Positions 8,748 through 21,400 of a stretch of 64,000 bases of DNA are shown here, piece by piece; positions within the stretch are counted from its first letter, which is position 1; the number at the start of each line of letters is the position of its first letter. The stretch is from Anthoceros angustus (lineage: Eukaryota; Plantae; Anthocerotophyta), in contig MU008179.1 of NCBI GenBank assembly GCA_010909165.1, forward strand, positions 620,001-684,000. The letters are read 5' to 3'. The translations under genes were made by a program, and so were the position numbers. The notes beneath the pieces were generated by a model. It saw nothing but the letters and a program-made list of their open reading frames with translations. It searched no databases and was not told the DNA's origin.

Positions 8748-11706
8748 TTGCCTGAATTTCAGGGCCTCCAGCGTCTTGATCCAGGAGACAGTCAGGGATG
8801 CCGGCTGACTGGAGCCAGAGTCTGTGCAGCTCTTTCACTACTTCTTTCATAGTTGGTCTGTCCTTGGGAGAGGAGCTTAAACAGTGGACAGCCAGCTTAC
8901 CCATGCTGGAGATAGACGCCTTCCCAGAAGTAGACTGGTATGTTGAGGAAAGCGCAGGGTCCAAAATGAGGGGCATCTCTCGGTTTACAATGAGGGGAAT
9001 TGCCATGTTCACCAGGCTGGCCTCCTCAACACCCCTGCGAAAGTCCACCGGCGCTTGCGCAGACAGAAGCTCCAGCAGCACCACCCCAAAGCTGTAGACA
9101 TCGCTTTTACAAGTGAACTGGAAGGTCTGGTAGTACTGCGGGTCGATGTATCCGGGGGTGCCCTGCACGGCGATGGTGGACACATGTGTGGCCTCCAGAG
9201 GAGCCAGCTTGGAGATCCCGAAGTCCGCAACCTTGGCATTCAGGTTGTCATCCAGCAGAATGTTGGAGGACTTCACATCCCGGTGGAAGATAGGAGGGTT
9301 GGCAGCAGAGTGCAGGTACGCTAGGGCATCCGCTGTCTGGAGGGCCACCTGCAGCCTCTGCGGCCAGCTGAGCCCGGTGCCTCTCTCCCCTCGGAGATGC
9401 TCCCGAAGCGTCCCGTTGGAGACGTACTCGAACACCAGCACCGCAGCCTTCTTCTCCAGGCAGCATCCCAGGAGCCTCACCAGGTTGCGGTGATTCACCT
9501 TGGAGAGGATGAGGACCTCGTTCAGGAATTGGTCCTTCCCCCTGTCATTCTCCGCGCGCTTGCATTTCTTCACAGCCACGGTTGTGCCATCACTCAGCCT
9601 GCCTGCGTACACTGTGCCGAAAGCGCCCTCCCCGATCTGGCAATCCTGTGAAAAATTTGATGTGGCCCTTTGCAGGTTCCGGAGCGGCATCAAGGTGGCC
9701 TTGTCCTTGTCCTGCATCGCCGCAATCAACTCCGCGTCTTGGACATGTCTGCGGCTGTAGATTCTCCAGCGCCACCCTACTAGACAGCAAGTTGCCAAGC
9801 ATGCGAGCATGGACACATCGACCATGGCAAATATCATAATCCATGTCATCCCTTTCTTTCTTCTTGTGCTGGGAATTGGCCATGGCGCACTCTCTGCAAG
9901 CCACACCAGTGTCAGATTCGTCGGGAAGAATGCGTGCGAATTGCAGGGACTGTCATACTTCACAGGCAGTCATGACTCACCAGTTTTTTGAGGTATACCT
10001 GGGGCAGAGCCATCACAAGGTGGTAAAGGGACACCACACAGTCCTGGATTGCCGGCAAACCACTCCGGCTTCTGAAGTGCTTCTGGCAGCGCCGGCAGGG
10101 GGCCAGACAAATTGTTGCTGGAAAGGTTGAGATACGTCAGCTTCTTCAGCTTTGTCAAGCCGGCAGGAACTTGGCCCTGCAGCTGATTGTTGGACAGATC
10201 CAACCAACGCAGTAAGGGCATGTACGTCATGTTGTAAGCGCCAGGGATATCCCCTTCCAGCTTGTTGTTGCTCAGATCCAGCGTATGCAAAAGAGGCAAC
10301 ATCTTTCCGCTGGGAAGGGCTCCTGTGAGATTGGTGGCCCCTAATCTTAGCTCCTCCAAGGTGCTACCATACTTCTGGAAGATGAAACGCAGGGTGCCTT
10401 CGTCTGCCCCGCTGCTGCGAGGCCTTGCATTGTAGCCCAGATCAAGGACACTGATATTTGTGAAGTTGCTGGAACGGATCATTGCTACGGCCCCTGTGAG
10501 ATTGTTGTGCCCTAACCGCAGCTCCGTGATGTCTCCAGCAAACTGTTGCGTCGACACATCTCCGCTCAAATTGTTTTGTTGCAGGCACAGCTGCCGCAGC
10601 AGGGGCATGGACCTGTTGCTGAACCACATGGGAATGGGGCCATCTATTTGGTTATTGCTCAGATCCAGGGTGTTGAGCACACTCATTTGCCCGCTAAGCC
10701 CGTACTTCCCCACCTCAGGGATGCGTCCTGTAAGCAAATTGTGGCTCAGATTCAGCGTAGTCATGGACGCACTGGGCTGTAGCAGCTCGCCAGGAATGCC
10801 ACCGGTAAGCCGATTTGCCGACAAATCTATCATCTCAGAACGATTGCTCCATAGCCCTTGAGGAATCTCTCCCACTAACTGGTTTCCGGATATATCTAAC
10901 GACGCCAGAGACTTCAATCCTGTGCAGTCGGGGATCCTGCCGCTAAGATTGTTGTGAGACAGAGAGAGGTGTTGCATGCCCACAAGGCTGTCCAAATCCG
11001 GAATAGTGCCCGCAAGCCCGTTACTGGAGAGGTTGAGTTCCATCAAATTTCTCAGACCCGCCAGCTTGGGAATGTTGCCGGTAAGGCGGTTGTTTGACAG
11101 CTCCAAGCCTCGAAGCTCTGAAAGAGCCTGCAGATCAGGAATCGTACCTGTGAGCTCGCTGGATCCCAACGCCAAGGCCTGCAGGCTCGAGAGCACGCCG
11201 ATGCCGCTGGGAATGCTCCCGGTCAGAGGGTTGCTAGAAAGATCAAGGTAAGACAGATTCTTCATCATAACTCCAAAGTTCGCAGGCATAGGACCGGAAA
11301 AATTGTTCCTGGCCAAGTCCAAGCCGCGGAGGCTTTCGAGAGAAGCGAGAATGGGAAGAGTAGCCTGCAAAGTGCCTATCAAAGTAGGCCCGTTGTAGCT
11401 GCTAAGCAGATTGATATACTGCACGTCACCACTGAGGTTAGAGTCCTTGGACAGTCCTGGTGTGCAGGTTACTCCAGCCCACCAGCATGGATTGTCATCG
11501 CTCTCCTCCCAGTTGCTTAGCCTTCCTACTTCATCCCGTACCTGGCTTTTAAATCTGAGCAGCTGCTTGCCATCCATGGACAGAGCGTCAACCTTCCGGC
11601 TGACAACCAAGATGAAAACAAGCACCATCAGGCATTCCTTCCTTGCTAAACACAAACTAACCATGTCTTCTCCTTTCCTACAACATAACGCTGAGCACAA
11701 AGCCAT
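8662..11706 (-). CDS. LRR receptor-like kinase with WAK-like kinase domain, 2 exons (11706-9981, 9893-8662), about 985 aa
   Basis: LRRNT (NW..SD.NPC.W.GVTC), many plant LxxLxLSxNxLxGxIP repeats and a GNPGLCG cap. An 87-bp GT-AG intron (9894-9980) joins this in frame to the TM segment and a kinase with GxGxFG, VAVK, HRDVKSSN, DFG and GTPGYIDP. The start codon is uncertain. Confidence 0.92.
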
Positions 11707-12093
11707 AACGCTGGGCCATTTCACGTCTGAGCAATCAACTACTGGCCGTCACAACGTTGAGACGATTCGAGCGTGTGAAAATCCCGCCAGAAGGGGTTCA
11801 TTTTCCTATGATTAGGTGAGCAGTAGCAGAATAATTTCGTCTCAGACACCGCGTTTATTGTTAATATTCACCCACTGGGAGCCTAGACATAAAGCGCAGT
11901 TCGGGACAAGAATTTCGGCTAACTCGTAAACCAATGGCAGATAGAAATGAAAGTTTCAGATCTGCCTGTTCTAAAAATACATGGCCCACGGGCAATAAGT
12001 GTGGTGCGAAAGCCAAAACTTCACATGACCCCATGCAAAGTGATGCTGCACAGCGTAGTGATAACGTAATCCACCCTCGAAAATGTCAGCCGC

Positions 12094-15000
12094 TTATGGG
12101 AAGTCCCCACAGGAGCATGACCCAGCCTTGAAGTGATGGACACGGTGCGCATCTCGGACGATGATCTCCCGCCTTTCCATCTTAGAGATAACCTTGCTGC
12201 CACTATGGCAGTCACTGCACATTCTTAGATCCTTAATCACTAGCAAGCTAGTGCCTTCTGGTGTGTTGAGAAGGCCAAAAGCTATGGCTAGATTTTCGGC
12301 GTGGCCGCAGAGCGCATCTTCCTTCTCCCTGTTGGAAATGGGCTTCCGCACCAAATATGTGTGGGGTACATGGCCCTCCTCCTTCATTCGCACACTTAAA
12401 CTCCTTAACTTATTGTAAAGCCCAGCCCTGTGAGCCAGCTCTGTTGGACTTGTGCTGCTCGGTTCCCTCCATGAAAAGCTCCTGTCACCTACAATGAACT
12501 TGTGCACCTTGTCATTCACTTCGATCAGGGCTGTTGCAGGCTGCTTCTGAGCGCCTGCGGATCTTCGCAACCTTTCTATCTCATCGGTTTCCGCTGACAT
12601 GCCAGCATCAGAATAAATGTTTGACATTAGCACATAAGCAGCACCCCTATGGGGATCCAGTTGGATGAGACGATCAAAACATCGCTTTCCTTGATCCACA
12701 CTCCTGTATGCCTGGCATGCAGTTAGCAGAGACATCCATCCCACACCGTCTGGTTTCATTGGCATGGTTTGCAAAAGCTTTTCTGCCTCATCCACACAAC
12801 CTGACCGTCCTAACAGATCAACCATGCAGTTATAGTGATCGATTGATGGAGTGATACCATGCTCAGTTTCCATCATTTGAAAGTAATGCTGACCCTCTTT
12901 CACTAGGGCAACATGGCTGCACGCAGTAAGCAGGCAGACATAGGTTGTGGCATCAGGCTCAACTCCCTGTCGGAGCATCTCTTCGAAACACTGCACAGCC
13001 AGTCTTCCCTTGTTATGCTGGCCATAGCAATTGATCATTGCAGTCCATGCGACCACATTCCGGTTAGGCAACGTATCAAATACAACGAGGGCGTCTTCCA
13101 ACCTCCCACATCCGGTGTACATATTCATAAGTGAACTCCCAACATGCAGATCAGTGTGAAGCCCCCTTTTCAAAACGAGGGCATGTACTCTCTTGCCTTC
13201 CTGTAAGGCTCCGATGCTACCACATACGCTCAATATGGTAACAAGTGTCACTGTGTCTGGTCTGACACCCTCTTGTTGCATCCTGTGAAATAGTTCAAGG
13301 GCTTCCTGACCAGCCCCATGCCGTGTGTACCCTGCAATCATCGCAGTCCATGCCACGACATTCTTGGCTGCCAGCCCTTCGAATACTTTCTCTGCCTCCT
13401 CAAGGCATCCACAATCAATGTACATGTTAATGAGTGTGGTGGCAACGACCACATCTCTATCAAGTCCTCGCTTGACAATTTGAGCATGGACTCTCTTGCC
13501 TTCCAATATGGCTCCAGCACTGCCACATGCTCTTAAAATGCTGCCTAGTGTAATGCTATCTGGTGTTATCCCGTCCAGTTGCATTCTGCTGTAGAGCTCG
13601 AGGGCTTCAACACCCAGACCACGCTGAACATACCCTCCAATAATTGTTGTCCAAGTCACAACATTTCTGGTTGGCAATGTCTCAAAGACTCTGCGTGCCA
13701 TATCCAGATTTCCGCAGTCAGCATACATAGCCATGAGAGAATTACCAATGAAGACATCTGCCTCAAGACCCTCTTTCAAAATCTGACCATGGATCTTTTC
13801 GCCCTCCTGTATGGCGCCTATGCTTCCACAGGCTTTCAAAGCACTTAAGTATGTAAGCTTGTTTGGTATCACACCTTCCTCCTGCATCCTAACGTAAAGT
13901 CGGAGGCCCTCCTGACCTAGTCCATGCTGTGCATATCCTAAAATCATGGATGTCCAGGTAACCACATTTTTCGTGCGCAACCTATCAAAAAGGCTGCGAG
14001 CATCGTCCAACTTTCCAAATTTGCTGTACATGTTGACAAGTGCATTGCCAACAAACTGGTTGGATTCAAATCCACTATCCATCGCATCAGAATGCACCAC
14101 CTTGCCAGAGGTCAAATCATCGGCACTGGTGCATGCTTTGAGGGCAGCCACGTACACATAGTTGTTAGGTTTCACACTTGATTCTCGCATCTGCATATAG
14201 AACTGGACAGCCTTTTCAGCTTGTCCCTGCTCAGCATGTGCTGAAATAATAGACGCCCACCCAAACTCGTCCGGTGCAGACAGCCGGCTAAACACCTGGC
14301 TTGCTTCCAACAGACTGCCCTGAGCAGCATACATCCGGATGATGTGATTCCCCACACAGGTATTACATTCTTGCCCACTTCTGACAGCAAGAGCATGTAA
14401 ACGCCTGCCGAGGCCAAAGTTTTTCCTCCCAACGCATTCTGAGAGGAGGCGCTGAAACATGTCTGAAGGTACCGATACTCCTCGCTGCTCCATGAGGTCA
14501 AGCACCCCGAATGCCTCCTCGAGCTGACCATTGTCACAGAGCTTGCTCCAGGCTTCAGAACTTAAAGCCCCTTCAGTGGCTACCCTGCAAGCACCGTGCA
14601 TAACAAACAGACTGTTCAGCAAAGACCTCCAGCCACTCCAAACCTAAACCAGCAGCCAGCCTTCCCACAATGAGCAGGTTAAAAAGGAAGCACCTTACAG
14701 CGCCGTCAACCCCGCAATCCGCAGCAGGAGCTAAGCCACCGCGGTAGGACGCTCTGGTGGCACCAGCAGCTCGTGCTTCCCGTAACGCTGCAACCTTGGC
14801 TTTCACCCAAGCAGGGTTGGACCAGCCGTCGATCCACAAGCCCTCCCTTGTTGCGCTGTGCACGAAGTCCGGGTACTTGACGTTCCTCTGTGGTGATCAC
14901 TTATGGTCAACTGCACACTGTGGAACAAGCAGCGCCTAAACAGGCCTCAAAGTCTTGCTAAGCATGGCAACGTCAGGAAACTCACAGGGCTGGTCTACAA

Positions 15001-15321
15001 GAGGGCAGCAGACTTGTACCTTGCTGCACCTGTGGTCCCACCACTGGGAAGGATCCTCCAGGAACTTTCTCCACAATGCCTTCCGTGCTGCTATAGGCCT
15101 GTCTTCATCTGCAGGCAAGGAGCTACAACTTCAGCAGGGAGCAACAACTTCAAAATTGCTTAATTCTCACAGCCGCAACTTGAGCGAGCAGCTGAGCAAA
15201 GCCGACACTCACCCCGGCCACGTCCAGGCTTCCAGCGCTTCGGTGGACACTCCTGGTTCGATAAACACCTGTGCCATCCTTGTCGAGGAACTAGTCTGCC
15301 GACGTTGCCACTGATCCTCAT
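12094..15321 (-). CDS. PLS-class PPR-E-DYW:KP RNA editing factor with N-terminal transit peptide and OSB-type PDF motif. Exons 15321-15213, 15108-15020, 14887-14694, 14584-12094; about 960 aa
   Basis: About 17 P/L/S repeats, E1/E2, and a deaminase domain with VRKP, HAENLA, MCSDCH and terminal SCGDFP. Three upstream GT-AG-bounded exons splice in frame and encode LWRKFLEDPSQWWDHRCSKRNVKYPDFVHSATREGLWID. The PPR-DYW part is secure; the 5' splicing is a hand model. Confidence 0.9.
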
Positions 15322-15957
15322 CGCCTCCAAGCGCCTTGGCAGGGCATGGATGCAACATACAAGGCCAGCAATCTAATCTGGTTCCAAGCCTGCTCCCTCA
15401 CGCAGCTGATAACTTGAGCAAGGTTTTGGCGGCGCTCCACCGCTGTATTCGGGATAATTCGCGTTTCACGATACACGGTTCGCTGCGTTTGGCACGTGCT
15501 TGGAGGGAACAAGCGGCTTCCAGTATGCCGAGTTCCAACTTGAGGTGAAACGTTTTTGAAAAATAATCCGTTGAGTTACGACACTGCTCAAAAGTTCAAA
15601 CAGGATGGATGCACCAGAGTGACCAGACCCCCATTCCTCTGGCCAATTCTTTTGGGAATCTTGGAACACGACTTCCAGCATTGGCAGCTGGAGCCTGCCA
15701 TTCGCTGCACATGGAAAACTTAGGGAAAGTGGAGGGTAGCATTTCATGCTTCAAAAGTTCTCAACCAAAATTGCCTTGAACCTTTTCAGTTGGAGACTCT
15801 TAGCAGCCTTCTGGACACTTTAGGCTGCTTCTCTCCCGTCGGAGGTTCTACAGATTCAACTGAACTACGAACTTGGACAGTACTTCCAACAGGGGTACTT
15901 AACAGCTTGAATGCACACCTGCCATATTTGAACAGGGAAACGTGTCAAACACCGACA

Positions 15958-17316
15958 TCAATTCGGTCGGAAGAGATGGAACGATCTGCAGGAGTAGAAC
16001 CGCACGCCGTCGTAACTGAGACTCCATCTATCGTCGCGAATGTTGTATCCCAGCAAGTGCGGGCACAAACGCAATTCATGGTCGAGCTGTTTGGCTATGG
16101 CAACAGTGACGTACATTGTATCACCGAACAAGATTGCTGTGATCCTCAGCTTCAACCAACGCCGATACTTGGCAGATTCCAGGACCATTTCCTGAAATAT
16201 CGTAGGCAGAAACGATACCTTCCGCCAGATATATGGGCTCCTTTCCAGCTCCCAAACCCCAAAATCCACCTTCAGCTGCTCGTGGTCTTGTTCAAGGCAA
16301 AAAATTCTCCCCTACCACGCAAAGCCATGGCAGCTAACCCTGCGTATCCCCATCCTTCTCGTCTTCATCTATGTTAAAGCTTTCGATACCCCGGTTCCAA
16401 TTCCAAATAACCCGACCACTTTCGAGACATTGCATGTTCAAATAGTTGTTCAGCTGCGTTAACAGTCCAGCATTGCACAAAACATACTGAGGCCATTAGC
16501 TTGGGTCATCGTCGTAGCCTAACCCGTCGGAAAGGCAGCGTGGCTGTTGAGTCAGTGCCGTGGCTTTCCAGCAATTATCCTTGGACTGTAGATGCTTACA
16601 GTTGGTTCATTTTTCCGCATACACAAAACAATGACGGTGAAATGTCCGTCTACGTCCACCTCAAGCTGATCTCTCCAGCAGCTTCGGTTGTAAGTCTCAA
16701 CTACATTTTTTGTTGGTGGATCTGGGGGGCTGGGAAGATATGGTGGCTGGGTAGTGGCTGGGCAATTCTGGTGCCTGTGTAGTTGTGGAATTCATGTGGA
16801 GGCAGGCTTTGATGTCTCGCCTTATTCAAAAGCCTGCTGCCATTCCTCCCTCTAGTAGGACACAGGCTGTGCTGCCTCGGCCGCCATTCCTCCCTCTAGC
16901 AAAAGGGCTGAGCCGCGCTGCCTGCCGCGTTCATTTGCTTCGCCACCCCTACCGCCCGTCTGTTCCTCCCCGCAGGGCAAAGAAGCTGTTGAAAACGATG
17001 TGTAAATACCATACTACCATATGTAAAAGCTCCCAGAATATGTAGGTAGTCCACACTTTTGAATAAGAGGGGGGATGAACCATCTCCCAAAGCACACCTC
17101 GGACGAACCCATCTTCCAGAATTGGCGTTCCGACAATCTGGGGCCTCAGGGAGGCTCGGGCTGCGCTTGGAGAAACATCAAAGTACTTTTCGTTTCCTGA
17201 GGTCCTGAATCGGTTTACAAAGTGAATGTCATCATGTCAAACACACAATTTGTCTAATTTGTATGCTCACGATAAGAAGATGCAGGAAGGGAATCGGGCA
17301 ATTGGTCCCAAAGCAT
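15958..17316 (-). pseudogene. Probable degenerate F-box (kelch-associated type) gene
   Basis: MLWDQLPDSL then, in another frame, LHLLIVSIQIRQIV resembles an F-box start. The distal ORF GVWELERS..WRKVSFLP...LLGYNIRDDRW resembles F-box-associated beta repeats. Multiple stops and frameshifts. Confidence 0.4.
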
Positions 17317-18403
17317 GGACTCCTGTTCACTTCAGCCTGAGTCACAAGATTTAACAAAGCCCAGTTGTGAGTTGTTGCCGCAAATACACAAACACACAAC
17401 AGACTGTAACAAGACCAACCTAAACCACACAGTTCAGACAAGGGACTTATTCGCAGGATCAAGTCTCAGGTTTGCAGAAGAGGTTCTCATCAAGTGGCAG
17501 GTGAAGGTCAAAGATTCGAAAATGCCACTAGTGCATACCAGGCCTTTGGGACACTCTATCCACCACTGACCTAAATGACTCCAGGGCACCTTCAAGAGGC
17601 TCTGACATCCAACACGTACCAAGCAACTATCGCGGGATGTGTATTGAATGCAGACCCCAAGCGTCCGCCTTTCTCCCCAAAACTTAATCTCCCCCGCTAA
17701 TTTCCTAGAAGCATGCGACACACAGAATCCACTCCACAACACACAGGCAGCAAATCGTGTGAACAAACCGTTGCGTAAAGAAGACATGTGCGACTTATCA
17801 TACTTCTCACTGCGCACTACCAGCACAGAGAAACCTGGCAAAGTTGCTACCATACAAATGGTCTCCATGTAGGAAGAGCGCGAAAGCGGCGCAGCTCGCT
17901 GTCTCCCTCTGAAACGAGAGCTCAGCATAGAAAGCTGCGATTCAAGCTACCGAACTGAGCTTGCCGCAGACAAAGAAAGTCTTGTCCTCCAAAGATCACA
18001 CAACTCAGAACAAGACATCCACACTCCCGCAGACACAAGGCAAAGGAAACAAGCACTCGCCGAGTTAACCTCGAAGTGAACTCTCTTGAAATCCCCAGAT
18101 CCAGAACCGGATTGCTCAGCCTTCGTCGGGCTTTCTTGAGTTATCGCGGACCCTGCACAGAGGCGCTCCAGCGATATCGAGGCGGAATCAAATAGAAACT
18201 TACTGCAGGCCAGTGCTTGCCTTTACTTGTTGCGGTTTCTATCTTCGGGAGGCGGAATCAATAGAAACTTACTGCAGGTTAGCGCTTGCGTGGCAACATG
18301 ACGTAAATTTTATTGAAAATAATCGGGGATTAAATGGAAGCGGTTACACCCAAGCACTGCAAAGACTGCCAGCCAGGTAAAATACAGGGTATCTTGTACA
18401 TCT

Positions 18404-21400
18404 TCACTCTGCTAAGCTGCTGAATCTGCTCGCAATCTTGGCTGTTTTGTAGTCTTCTCGGAGTGAGATGAACCTGCAAACAGACATGATGAACAGACAT
18501 GAGGTGCAAAGAGTCGGCAGAAGGAGTGGAGTGGTGCGAAGCAAGCCCTACAAACGCTGTGCTGAAACGTACTTGATTGCATCCTTCCGTGCTTGTTTCA
18601 AGCTGCCATCCACAAGAGTTGGGAGACTTTCTGGTGCAACGATGAATACATTCATCATCCTGCAACAGAAAAAGAACGCATGAGAGAGTTCTCCACGAGT
18701 CCTTAACGAGTGTTGTTACCAAATCTAGCCCTCACACACTTACGTTCCTAAAAGCTCGAATTTCTCATCGACTGCAGGTGCTTTGAAACTCCTCACAAAT
18801 TCCGCATACTCGGAAACGTCACGCTTCAACCGAAGGCCTCCACTGCAAAGAACTACAGTTAATCTCTCTACCACCTTCAAGGCGTGACACGGCCCTAAAG
18901 TTAAAAACTGCTGCCCCGCGGGAACGACTGCATACCTTGGACTGAAGGTAAACCGTTGCCAATGTACAATAAAACCTTTGTAGAGGCGATTACCCTGTCA
19001 TTGCGGCAGTGATAAGTACAGTGTCCTCAATCGAAACAGCCCTTTCAGATACAAATGTCAAACATCACTACCAGCTCTGTCATAAACGCCTGCTTGTTCA
19101 ATCCTTCCAAAGCACCATAAGCTGCTTCCAGCATTCGGCCCAAGTATGCCACCACCCTGATGTCACCAGAGTTAACGAAGGTATCTCCACAAATGTACAA
19201 TCTGAACTGACAAAGCGAGGTACATTGCCCTCCGCTCACCTTGTGCAGGCTCCTGTTGGGCGATGATCTGGAGGATTGCCATCTTCAGGGGGCTTATAAT
19301 CGGATACTTTCTGCTCAGAGGTGAGAAGACGCTCCACCTGCCAATCCCTCCCATGCGCAGAAGGTCATGCATTAGCAACCCTCCGTCATGATCACGCTGA
19401 GCATAGAGCTTTGGACTGTAATACACAATTCACAAATTTCTCGCGTGCCATCCACCTCTGCCATAATAGTATCGATGCAATGCTGAAGGCCTTTCAAGGC
19501 TGCACTTTCAGCGTCAGACATTGCTGTAGCCATTTCTTCGCAGCAAGCAGCATGAGCTCCATCCACCGGTAACAACAGTCGAGCGACTGTATTAACGAAA
19601 TACTGCAAAAGCACGTAAGGAGAGTAATCAACAAAGCCTTCCCCATGACGGTGCCCTAATAATTCTATGCTGCATTTAGACAAACGGCTGCACACAGATG
19701 TTGCTTACTTGTTGAACCAGCCCGACATTTGTGGTAGCCCTTTGCACAGCCACCATAAACGCACGAAAGCTATTTTCCCCCGCTGCAGCAGCTGCTTCTG
19801 CCTGCGATGTTAGGACACCAGGAAAAAATATCAAAATGAGCTCGACTACCACTAGATCTAGGACATCATTACGTACAGTTAAGAAACTCACAGCGGCTGC
19901 TGCTGCTGCTGCTACTCTCCTACTCATTGTCGCCCCAATGATAAATCGTTCTCTCAGGGAGCCCGCCTCATTTAGCGCCTCCTGTGCTCTTTGCAAGCCT
20001 TCCGTGGTGTATTGGCCAACCTACACATACCACCAGTTCAGCTTTTAATTCAAACGTTGAAACTGAGCACGCTGTGAAGAATTCACACTTTTCACTATGT
20101 GCAGCCAGACCTGATCAAGGAGGCAAGTAAAGATCGCTCTCACGTTTGTAGCCAAGGGGACAGGCTGCAGAACGAGGCCAGACATGAAATATAAGATCAT
20201 CAAACCGAAGAGGAAATCTGTCCGTAACAAGACTTGGAGCCACCATAGAGAGATGAAAACTTGTCATTGACCCAGTCCAGTAAGAAAATGGCATGCATGG
20301 CATTAACCTGACTCGTTAGCAGAGCACAGCGAGAAACAGCTTCCTCATTCCACCGCACGAATTCTGTAACAACGCCGACTGACATTGGAGGCTGTGACAG
20401 GGTGGCAGCAACTCGACTATTCCGTTGTTCTGCCCCTTGCAAAGTTCCAGACTTGAACTCCAGCATCTGCTTAGAGGAACAACCATCAATGGCTGCTCCT
20501 TAATATCTTCCAGTAGACTACAGCCAACAAAAAGCATCTCCGTACCTTTGCTTGGAACAGCTGGCTTAACGACCCTCTTTCAAGCTCAATATACTCCTCT
20601 CTGTGAGTCGAGAACAACACCTCAGCAAGCCCTGGGAAGATCACCGGTGCTTGGGGTGTCAGACCTTAGACGATAACCTTCACAGATGTACTGCTGAACA
20701 AGAATCTTGCAAAAGTATTTCACTGCCTTTCATGCATGTAAGTGTCAGATACGACACTAGGCAAACATAACCAAGCCAGTATAGACACTATCCTAAACTG
20801 CCAAAAGCATACATTTTTGGCAGGGGAGAAAGATGACCTTCCACATCAAGCTCCCCACATCCAAGTCCATGCAGTTCCTTTGCCAGCTCCTGGGTCCGCT
20901 CATACGCAGCAGCGAATGTCCGGAGATACTGCAAAACAGCACATGACACAATCAGTACAACTCATACATACCTCATGGCAGACTCATGAGCCGCATTACA
21001 CACCTGAAGGTAACCACCCTCTTCCATAGGAATGGGATTCGTCAAGGATGGTCTCGGCAAAATTCGATCCAACACGGCAAATACCCGTTGTTCCATGACA
21101 CGCTGCACAAACAAGAGAATGCGAGTCTGTGAACACCTGTACTCCAGCATTCCTAACTGACACTACAACGGGTGATAAAGACCAAAATCAAAAGTGACCT
21201 GCACAAGGATTGCCATCACGGCATCAGGAGATGGGAATACAGCAGCCACTGTAGCTGCTTCCTTGCGCACAGTTTCTGCAATAAAGTTTAGTGCAGCGTT
21301 CAGTTCAGGAAAACACTCTTTGAAAGCTTCTGATAGCAGAGAACAATAAGGCTTTGGTCAGGGGATCACCAACAATTTCCTTGTAAAGAGCCGACAGTCC

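Noticed and set aside
8662-11724. Two separate genes (LRR protein and kinase), as the ORF track suggests
   Set aside because: A canonical 87-bp intron joins them in frame and supplies the expected TM junction.
15790-16377. 195-aa plus-strand ORF
   Set aside because: No ATG start or motif, and it overlaps the more plausible minus-strand F-box remnant.
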